A stretch of DNA of 64,000 bases, from contig DASZGW010000045.1 in the NCBI GenBank assembly GCA_035938475.1, positions 17,746 to 81,745 on the forward strand. Direction: 5' to 3'. Numbering within the stretch: the stretch's first letter is position 1; each line of letters starts with the position of its first letter. A program made the position numbers and the translations under genes. Origin of the DNA: Candidatus Udaeobacter sp. GTDB lineage: Bacteria; Verrucomicrobiota; Verrucomicrobiia; Chthoniobacterales; UBA10450. Below the pieces are notes generated by a model that was given only the letters and a program-made list of their open reading frames with translations, did no database searches and had not been told where the DNA came from. This document shows, piece by piece, positions 56,521 to 64,000 of the stretch.

Positions 56521-58968
56521 TCATCGCTCACGTAAGGCCTGAACTGGATCGATGCGTGTCGCGCGCCAGGCGGGCAAAAAACACGCAGCTAAAGAAGCGA
56601 GCGTGATCACGACGAATGCCAATCCGAACGCAAGCGGGTCGCGCGGACTGACTTTGTAAAGCAGGTTTCCCATCAAACGCGTGAGCACGAACGCGGCGAT
56701 TGCTCCGACAAGGATTCCTGCCGTTGTCAGTCGCAGGCCGTGCGAAAGCACCAGGCGCAAGAGATTGCTCGCATCGGCGCCGAGAGCCATGCGCAATCCC
56801 AGTTCGTGCGTGCGTTGCGAAACTGAGTACGACATCACGGCATAAAGCCCGATCGTGGCTAGGAACAACGCCATCCCGCCGAAAATCCCGAGCAACGTGA
56901 CGGCGAGTCGCTGAGTGTAGCCCCGTTGGTCGACTTGCTCCTGCAAACGATCCGCGGCGTATGGCGCCAAGGTCGGATCGAGCGCGTGCACTTCGCGCGA
57001 CAGCGCATTCGTGATTGCGCCCGGACTTTCCCGTGTGCGGATGAGCAAAGTGTTCCCGACAAAAAAGTTCTGGCGCACCGGCACGTAAAAGAACGACCTT
57101 GGAGCTTCGAGCTTTGTCTCGTAGTACACATTTTTCGCGACACCCACGATTTGCATCCAGGTATCTTTAACTTTGAGCCGTTGACCGATCGGATCTTTTC
57201 CCGGCCAATACTTGCCGGCCATCGTTTCATTAATGATCGCCACCGGAGGTGAGTTTTCGTCGTCATTTCGAGTAAACTCACGGCCGGCGACCAGTGGGAT
57301 CCCGAGAGTGGAGAAATAATCCTCGCTGACTTGAACATAATCTGCGTTCGGTTGCTCATCAGGCGCGGGCTGGTAGCCATCGATCTCGATCGGCGCGGAA
57401 GAAGGAGGGTTGTAACTGAACGGCATTACCCGCGTCAAAGCCGCGGACTCAACACCGGGGAGCGTACGGACGCGATCGAGCAACTGAGTGTGAAAAATTT
57501 TCGCGCGATCGAGTTTGTAACCTGCCGAAAACAAATCCACGACCGACACGATCACATTATTGGTCAAGAAACCGGGACTGGTGTTTTGCATTCGCTGCAG
57601 GCTTTGCAAAAGCAAGCCGGTGCCGGCGAGAAGAACAAAACTGAGCGAGACTTGGACCAGGACCAAGGCCGAGCGCAATCGGGATCGGCCGCTGCCGCCG
57701 ACCACGCCAGCCCCTTCGCTCTTGAGCACGCCGGAAAGATCGACATGGCTCGATTGAATCGCGGGCATGAGCGCGAAAAGCATTGTCGATCCAATACAGA
57801 TCGCGACGCTGAGTAGGAGAACGCGCCAATCCAGTTGTCCGGGATAATCAATTGTGATCCCGGGCACCGATGGCGGAAACGCGAGGACGAGCGCGTTGCG
57901 GCTCCAATAGGCGACCGCGATTCCGCCGAGCGCGGCGATCATCGAAAGGAGCAAGCCTTCGGTGAAGAGTTGCCTGATCAAACGGCGGCGTCCGGCGCCG
58001 AGCGCCAGCCGCATCGTCATTTCATGTCGGCGCAAGAGCGATCGCGCGAGAAGCAGATTGCTCACGTTGGCGCAAGCGATGAGGAGGACAAAGAAAACGA
58101 CGGCCGCGGTGATGCCCAGCGTCGTCGAAATCCCGCCTGCCGCGTTGAACGGCGTTTTCCACAACGGTAACAGCCCAACCTCGTGGCCGCGATCCGTTTG
58201 CGGGTAATCGTTCTCCAACCGTTTGGCGATCGCGGAAAGTTCCGCCTGCGCCTGCTGCTGCGTGACTCCGGGTTTGAGAAAAGCGTAACCTTCAATCCAG
58301 CGCGCGCCCCGATCTTCGAGTTTGTAGCCCGTGTTATCGAACGTCTCCTGCATCGACGTCGGCACCCAGAAGTTGAACGAATAGCCGATGAACGTGCCGT
58401 GGAATCTTTCCGGGGCGACGCCGATGATCGTGTGCTGAACGCCGTTCATGTACTGCGTCTTGCCAATGATGTCAGGATCACCTTTGTAACGATTCTTCCA
58501 CGTCATGTAACTTATGACTGTGACCGGATGGGCGTTGCGACCGGTTCCTTCTTCCGGTCTGAATCCGCGGCCGAGAATCGGCCGCACGCCGAGCGCGTCG
58601 AAATAATTCGCGGACACCATTCCTCCGACCGCACGCTCGGCGCGGTCGCCATTGCTCAGCGTTGTGCCGGTAATTTTATCGATGATGAACGACTCGAACA
58701 GAGTCGAGTTTTTTTCGAGATCGAGGAAGTCGGGATAAGAAAGTCCGGTGAAACCCTGAGCGCCCCGGGTCGTGCAGTTGAGCGCGAACATTCGGTCCTG
58801 GTGCGCGACGAGCGGATAGGGACGGATGAGAATCCCTTCGATCCAACTTAAGGCGGCGGCGTTAGTGCCGATGGCGAGGGTGAGGCAGAGAATAGCTAGA
58901 ATGGAAAAGCCAGGACTGCGCCGAAGCATTCGGAAGCCAAAGCGAAGGTCCTGGAGAAAAGTGTGCAT
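56521..58968 (-). CDS. ADOP-like duplicated FtsX/MacB-type ABC permease, paralogue 5
   Basis: MHTFLQDLRFGFRMLRRSPGFS ... PAWRATRIDPVQALRER. Confidence 0.85.
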   Translation of the reverse strand: MHTFLQDLRFGFRMLRRSPGFSILAILCLTLAIGTNAAALSWIEGILIRPYPLVAHQDRMFALNCTTRGAQGFTGLSYPDFLDLEKNSTLFESFIIDKITGTTLSNGDRAERAVGGMVSANYFDALGVRPILGRGFRPEEGTGRNAHPVTVISYMTWKNRYKGDPDIIGKTQYMNGVQHTIIGVAPERFHGTFIGYSFNFWVPTSMQETFDNTGYKLEDRGARWIEGYAFLKPGVTQQQAQAELSAIAKRLENDYPQTDRGHEVGLLPLWKTPFNAAGGISTTLGITAAVVFFVLLIACANVSNLLLARSLLRRHEMTMRLALGAGRRRLIRQLFTEGLLLSMIAALGGIAVAYWSRNALVLAFPPSVPGITIDYPGQLDWRVLLLSVAICIGSTMLFALMPAIQSSHVDLSGVLKSEGAGVVGGSGRSRLRSALVLVQVSLSFVLLAGTGLLLQSLQRMQNTSPGFLTNNVIVSVVDLFSAGYKLDRAKIFHTQLLDRVRTLPGVESAALTRVMPFSYNPPSSAPIEIDGYQPAPDEQPNADYVQVSEDYFSTLGIPLVAGREFTRNDDENSPPVAIINETMAGKYWPGKDPIGQRLKVKDTWMQIVGVAKNVYYETKLEAPRSFFYVPVRQNFFVGNTLLIRTRESPGAITNALSREVHALDPTLAPYAADRLQEQVDQRGYTQRLAVTLLGIFGGMALFLATIGLYAVMSYSVSQRTHELGLRMALGADASNLLRLVLSHGLRLTTAGILVGAIAAFVLTRLMGNLLYKVSPRDPLAFGLAFVVITLASLAACFLPAWRATRIDPVQALRER

Positions 58969-58976
58969 TTAGTTCA

Positions 58977-61391
58977 TCATTCTGCCCGAAGCGCTTCGAT
59001 TGGGTTTACGAATGTTGCGCGCCGTGCCGGCAAGAAACACGCAAGCAAAGCCACCGCCCCGAGAGTAATCGCTGTGGTAACAAGAAGCGCCGGATTGTGC
59101 GGTGAAACCTGGTAGAGCTGCGTAGTGAGTAAACGACCCAACGCAAGAGCAGCCACCATTCCGATGACGAGTCCCAACACGACAGGAGCCATTCCCTGAC
59201 GAACAACAAGCCGCAGTACATCCGAAGTTTGCGCGCCAAGCGCCATGCGCACGCCGATTTCGCCTGTCCGCTGTTCGACCGTGTAAGCGACGGCACCGTA
59301 GATTCCAATCGTAGCGAGCAGCAACGCGACGCCTGCGAAAATTCCCAACAGAGCCATCATTAGTTTTGCCTGGCCGAGCGCCTGTCGCATGATCTCTTTG
59401 ACCGGCTGCGGCAAGATGAGCGCAAGATTCGGATCGATCGTACGCAATGCCGCCTGTACGGTTTTCGTGACAGTATCTGTCGGCAAGAAACTCCGCACTG
59501 TGATGGAGAGAAACGGAAAATTCTCCTGCGCGTATGGGCGATAAAATTCCATATCATTGTGCTGATCGAGTCGCACAGAGCGCACATCGCCGACTACGCC
59601 AACGATCTCGACCGGAATGCTGCCGCTGGTGATGAGCAATGTTTTCCCGATCGGATTTTCATTTCCAAATACCGCTTTTGCTCCCGATGCGCTGATTAGA
59701 ATTACGTTCGGATGATCTGCAACGTCCTGCTCGGTGAAGTCGCGACCGGCAAGTAACGGAATCCCAAGTGTACGTAACCATCCTGGTGAAATGTCATTAG
59801 AAGGAGCGCCTTTGCGTTCAGCAACGGGTGGCACGTTGCTGTCCGCACGGGCATAAAGCGTAGCGCCGGCGCCGCCAGTGAGCGGAATACCAGTGCTAAT
59901 GGTCGCTTCTTGCAGGCCGGGCGTTGCCCGCAAGGTTTTCGTTAGCTGGTCTGCGAACCGGGCTCGTGTTCCTTCGTTTGAATATTGCGCTTCTGGCAGA
60001 ACGGTGAAACACGTCCAGAGATTTTCGAACCTGAACCCGGGATCCTGACTGCTCAGCCGAACAAAGCTTGCTATGAGCAACGATGCGCCGGCGAGTAGCG
60101 TTACGGAAAGTGCAACCTGCGCGCCGACCAGCAATTTGCGGAAACGTTGTTGGCGCACACTGCCGGAAGTCCCGCGGCCGCCTTCCTTCAGAGCATCGAC
60201 AATATCAGCGCGCGAACTTTGCAACGCGGGATAGAGACCCATCACCAGGCCGGTCAGAAGCGAGAGCGCAATTGTGAATCCGAGCACAGGAAAGGAAATC
60301 GCGGTGGCGCTTCCCTGTTCAATCGGAAGGAAGTTCGCCGCGATTCTCGGCACAACCGGCACCAATTGCCACGCGAGAACCGCACCGAAAATACCCGCGA
60401 GCAGGCTGATCAGAACGCTTTCGAAAACAAATAGCCGCAGCACGCTTGCGCGCGTCGCGCCCAAAGCCATTCGAAGTGAGATTTCACGCCGGCGGCCAGT
60501 GAACCGAACAAGTAACAAATTGGCGACGTTGCTGCACGCGATCAGCAAAACAAAGGTTACCGCCGCGAGCAATGTGGCGAAACCCGGTCGCAGATTTTCC
60601 GTTACATCCTCCGGCAGAGTCTTCACTATCGTACTGGATTTTGCGTCGATTTTCTCCGGGTACTGCTTGCGATAACTGTTTTCGAGCAACTGCAGCGCGG
60701 CGCGCGCCTGCATGACGGAAATGCCCCGCTTCAATCGTCCGACCGCGCGCAGAAATGCGGTACCCCGCATCATCCGTTCATGGGAAAAACCCGGGATGAT
60801 GAACGGCTTTGTTGTCCAGATATCGGCATTCGGTCCGGTCCATGAAACCGGCAGCGTCGGTATCACACCGACGATGGTATGCGACACTCCATCGAGCGTG
60901 AGTCCGCGCCCGATCACATTCGGATCGCCGCCAAGGCGCGATTTCCAAAACCGTTCGGTGACGACCGCAACATCGGCGCCTTCCTCCTCCTGAGCCAAAA
61001 ACGTCCGGCCTCGGATCACCCGCACACCCAGCACATCGAAATAGTTTGCAGTTGTCTTAAAGATTGGAACTTGGAATGGATCGCCCACGCCAGTCACGGT
61101 CGCCGCAAGCCCGTTTTCCCCAGCAAATCCGTCAAAAATGGTTTGGCCGTCGCGAAAGTGCATGAAACGCGGCGCCGAAAGTGGAAAATCGACCCGCTGA
61201 TCTTTGGCATGCGAGAAGACGTGCAGGACCCGGGAGGGTTGCCGAAACGGAAGTCCGCGCAGGAACAGATCGTTGATCAAACTAAAGATCGCCGTGTTCA
61301 AACCGATCCCGAGCGCGAGCGTGATTACCGCGATCGCGGTGAACCCGGGTGATTTGCGGAGCTGGCGCAAAGAAAACTTTAGATCATTCAT
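58977..61391 (-). CDS. ADOP-like duplicated FtsX/MacB-type ABC permease, paralogue 6
   Basis: MNDLKFSLRQLRKSPGFT ... PARRATFVNPIEALRAE. The ATG at 61391 lies 1 nt after the stop of paralogue 7. Confidence 0.85.
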   Translation of the reverse strand: MNDLKFSLRQLRKSPGFTAIAVITLALGIGLNTAIFSLINDLFLRGLPFRQPSRVLHVFSHAKDQRVDFPLSAPRFMHFRDGQTIFDGFAGENGLAATVTGVGDPFQVPIFKTTANYFDVLGVRVIRGRTFLAQEEEGADVAVVTERFWKSRLGGDPNVIGRGLTLDGVSHTIVGVIPTLPVSWTGPNADIWTTKPFIIPGFSHERMMRGTAFLRAVGRLKRGISVMQARAALQLLENSYRKQYPEKIDAKSSTIVKTLPEDVTENLRPGFATLLAAVTFVLLIACSNVANLLLVRFTGRRREISLRMALGATRASVLRLFVFESVLISLLAGIFGAVLAWQLVPVVPRIAANFLPIEQGSATAISFPVLGFTIALSLLTGLVMGLYPALQSSRADIVDALKEGGRGTSGSVRQQRFRKLLVGAQVALSVTLLAGASLLIASFVRLSSQDPGFRFENLWTCFTVLPEAQYSNEGTRARFADQLTKTLRATPGLQEATISTGIPLTGGAGATLYARADSNVPPVAERKGAPSNDISPGWLRTLGIPLLAGRDFTEQDVADHPNVILISASGAKAVFGNENPIGKTLLITSGSIPVEIVGVVGDVRSVRLDQHNDMEFYRPYAQENFPFLSITVRSFLPTDTVTKTVQAALRTIDPNLALILPQPVKEIMRQALGQAKLMMALLGIFAGVALLLATIGIYGAVAYTVEQRTGEIGVRMALGAQTSDVLRLVVRQGMAPVVLGLVIGMVAALALGRLLTTQLYQVSPHNPALLVTTAITLGAVALLACFLPARRATFVNPIEALRAE

Positions 61392-61392
61392 A

Positions 61393-63900
61393 TCATTCGG
61401 TGCGTAGTGCTTGAATCGGGTCGACACGTGTGGCGCGGCGCGCCGGAACAAAACAGGACACCGCTGCAACGAGCGTGAGCAGGCCGGCGACCGCGAAATA
61501 AATGGACGGATCGAGCGGGTTGACTTTGAAGAGAATGTTTCGCAAAGCAGCCGCAACCAGGACTCCGAGCAACAAAGCGGCGGCGCCGGTGCCAAGCACA
61601 AGTCCGATGAGCAACTGCCAGGCGCCTTGCGTCATGACCATTCGGAAAATTCGTCGCGCGTCCGCTCCAAGAGCCATTCGAATTCCAAATTCCTGCGTGC
61701 GCTGGCTCACCGAAAAACTCATCACGCCGTAGAGACCCACCGCAGAGAGAACGAATGCGACGCCACCGAAAATCGCGAACAGACTAACGATGATGCGATT
61801 TCCGGAAAGACTTTCGTCGTGCAATCGAGCTGCTGTGCCGGGAAAATAAATCGGCACATCCGAATCCAGCTGAGTAACTGCCTTCGTCAGCGCCGGACCG
61901 AGCGTTTCCGCGCGTTGGCCTGCGTGCGGCCGAACGAGGATCGTACAAAATTGAGTGGACGGCGATGCGCCAAGGAGTGGCATGTAGAAGCCGGCATTGT
62001 CCGTCTGCTGATCGAACGGTCCCTGCATTAAAGTGTCGGGAACAACGCCTACGATCGTTCGCCACGGCTCCGGCTCGCCTGGGTTGAAGATTCGGACCTG
62101 ATGTCCGAGCGCGCTTTGGTTGCCCCAATGCTTCCGCGCAAAACTCGCGTTCACGATCGCAACCGGTCGCTTGGCGTCGCTATCATCAGTCGCAAAATCG
62201 CGCCCTTCCAAAATCTTTAGCCCGAGTGTCGAAAAATAAAGGTCCGACACCGATTCGAAGTTTCCGCGCGGCCGATCGCGGTCGGTGAGATAATTTTGGC
62301 CGTCAACTTCATATTGGCCGCCGCCTGCAAATGTCATTCGAAAGCGATCAGTCAGCGCTGCCGAATCAAACTGAGAGTTGGTACGCAATTCCCGAACGGT
62401 GCGTTTGAAAAAATCGCGGCGGCCATCTTCGGTATAGGCGCCTTCCATCAACGCCATCCGGGCGGTGTAAATCGCGTTCTCGTCGTAACCATAGTCGAGC
62501 TTGAGCTGGTTTCGGATCGACCTGATCTCGAGGGTTGTCGCAATCAACAGCGCCGCAGTCAGGGCGATCTGCGCGATCACGAGAAGCCGCGTGATGATGT
62601 TGACCAACCGACTGCTGTTGCCGCGCCCGCCTTCCTTCATCATCTCCGCTGCATTGCCGTGAGCACTGACCATTGCCGGGACCAGGCCGGAAACGATCGT
62701 GGCGACCAAGGTTATCCCAACGATGAACGCGAGCACTCGCGCGTCGATCGTAAATCGAATCCAGTAAGGCAATGCAAACCCCGACGGCAGAGCGTCTGTG
62801 GCGCGGGTTAGCAAGTCGACGCCCCAATAGGCTAAAAGAACTCCCACGATCGCGCCGAATACGGCGACCACCAGACTTTCGGTCAACATCTGCCTGACGA
62901 GTCTCCAACGTGTCGCCCCTAATGCGCCGCGAATCGCCAATTCTTTTGCTCGCAATGCGGCCCGGCCGAACTGCATATTCATGACGTTCACGCACGCGAT
63001 CAGTAAAACGAGAATTACCGCAGCCAGCATCGCCCAAACGGTCTGCCGAAATTGAATGCCGATAATCGAGTTCGCGAGCGGTTGCACGGTCGCCGATGTG
63101 AAATTTTGGTTGGTCTTTGGATTGTCTTGCGCCAACTGGCGAGCAAGATTGATAAATTCCGCATTCGCCTGATCGATAGTGACCCCCGGTTTAAGCCGAC
63201 CCATCACCGCCGGTGCGGCGTTGTTTGCGCCGATCACCAGCTGCCCGCGCGGTATCGGGGGAAATTGATTGTAAAGCGGCGTCCAGAGTTCCTCAAAACC
63301 TGGGAACTTAAAATTCGGCGGCATAACACCAATGATGGTTGCAGCTTTGCCATTAACTCGAACGTTCCGTCCGACGACATTGTGATCGCTGTTGAAATCC
63401 CGCTTCCAAATTTCGTGACCGAGAATGATGACCCTTTCCGCACCCGGCTTGTTGTCAGCGGCGGTGAAATCGCGTCCGATAATCGGCGATACTCCAGTGA
63501 TCTTGAAAAAATCCTCTGTGACGTAACCGCCGTTGTAACGTTGCGGATTGTTCTTGTAGGTGACGTTTATCGTAGATCCACTGAGATAGCCGGCCATCAA
63601 CGAGCACGACTTCTGGGTCGCTTTCAAATCTTCGTAATCCTGCGCTGTTGGAATCTGGCCGAACCCGAAATTGTTGTTTTGATCGCTCGTCTTCGGATCG
63701 ATCAACCCAACGCTCACCAACTGCTCCGGATGTGGAAAGGAAAATCCGCGCAACACGACTGCATTGACGACTGTAAATTGAGTCGTCGCCCCGCCGATGC
63801 CGAGGCCGAGAACAAGCACAGCTAGAAAACAAAAAGTTTTGTCTTTGAACAAAACACGGAGCCCAACTCGGACATCCTGGCGAAAGGAATCTAGAATCAT
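61393..63900 (-). CDS. ADOP-like duplicated FtsX/MacB-type ABC permease, paralogue 7 (most divergent N-terminus)
   Basis: MILDSFRQDVRVGLRVLFKDKTFC ... PARRATRVDPIQALRTE. ATG at 63900 preferred. Confidence 0.8.
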   Translation of the reverse strand: MILDSFRQDVRVGLRVLFKDKTFCFLAVLVLGLGIGGATTQFTVVNAVVLRGFSFPHPEQLVSVGLIDPKTSDQNNNFGFGQIPTAQDYEDLKATQKSCSLMAGYLSGSTINVTYKNNPQRYNGGYVTEDFFKITGVSPIIGRDFTAADNKPGAERVIILGHEIWKRDFNSDHNVVGRNVRVNGKAATIIGVMPPNFKFPGFEELWTPLYNQFPPIPRGQLVIGANNAAPAVMGRLKPGVTIDQANAEFINLARQLAQDNPKTNQNFTSATVQPLANSIIGIQFRQTVWAMLAAVILVLLIACVNVMNMQFGRAALRAKELAIRGALGATRWRLVRQMLTESLVVAVFGAIVGVLLAYWGVDLLTRATDALPSGFALPYWIRFTIDARVLAFIVGITLVATIVSGLVPAMVSAHGNAAEMMKEGGRGNSSRLVNIITRLLVIAQIALTAALLIATTLEIRSIRNQLKLDYGYDENAIYTARMALMEGAYTEDGRRDFFKRTVRELRTNSQFDSAALTDRFRMTFAGGGQYEVDGQNYLTDRDRPRGNFESVSDLYFSTLGLKILEGRDFATDDSDAKRPVAIVNASFARKHWGNQSALGHQVRIFNPGEPEPWRTIVGVVPDTLMQGPFDQQTDNAGFYMPLLGASPSTQFCTILVRPHAGQRAETLGPALTKAVTQLDSDVPIYFPGTAARLHDESLSGNRIIVSLFAIFGGVAFVLSAVGLYGVMSFSVSQRTQEFGIRMALGADARRIFRMVMTQGAWQLLIGLVLGTGAAALLLGVLVAAALRNILFKVNPLDPSIYFAVAGLLTLVAAVSCFVPARRATRVDPIQALRTE

Positions 63901-63916
63901 AATGAATTTCTTTTTG

Positions 63917-64000
63917 TTATTTGTTAACGATCCAGCCATCCCGCAGTTGGATGACACGGTTGCCGTAGACCGGGTTCTTTTCTGAATGCGTGACCTGCAC
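63917..64000 (-). CDS. second ABC transporter ATP-binding protein, C-terminal 27 codons only (rest outside window)
   Basis: Minus-strand translation VQVTHSEKNPVYGNRVIQLRDGWIVNK* parallels the C-terminus of the 50815-51486 ATPase (VQVTHSEKNASYGKRVIQLRDGWIVKGE*). Confidence 0.75.
   Translation of the reverse strand: MQVTHSEKNPVYGNRVIQLRDGWIVNK

Overview
This is a 64-kb chromosomal segment from a Gram-negative, moderately GC-rich bacterium. Gene content and repeat families look Verrucomicrobia- or Acidobacteria-like, but that taxonomy is inference only. The window is densely coding and mostly housekeeping. In order it contains: a crotonase fragment, lpxD, a YacP/NYN gene, glgC and glmS. Next comes a type II secretion / type IV pilus-like module with two full-length GspE/PilB ATPases, a GspF/PilC platform and one pseudopilin, then an OmpA-like protein and a panB-folK-dapB-dapA-dapF block. 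After that come an HdeD-like protein, a 1290-aa soluble poly-HAMP/GAF hybrid histidine kinase and tRNA(CAU). An STT3/AglB-like membrane protein is followed by two bactofilins (one with an N-terminal double zinc ribbon) and a DUF5069-like gene. Then follow a sugar nucleotidyltransferase, glnD, apt, a hemX-like/hemA/hemC/cobA-hemD block, rpsU, secDF, yajC and tRNA-Ala. The last part holds a sortilin-type BNR propeller with a LolA-like partner, a TMTC-like TPR membrane protein, and an 18-kb minus-strand array of seven paralogous duplicated FtsX/MacB-type (ADOP-like) permeases with two small ABC ATPase genes embedded. I saw no CRISPR array, prophage, integrase, transposase or recognisable defence genes. 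The most noteworthy items are: (1) the ADOP-like permease array that is not orphan; (2) the STT3-like / bactofilin / Zn-ribbon-bactofilin / DUF5069 cluster; (3) three families of small non-coding repeats (an ~80-bp MITE-like element, GTAG-headed REP-like palindromes, and tandem heptamers at gene 5' ends); (4) a pseudopilin whose leader is encoded by those repeats. All functional calls come from reading the translated ORFs for family motifs. No database search was run.
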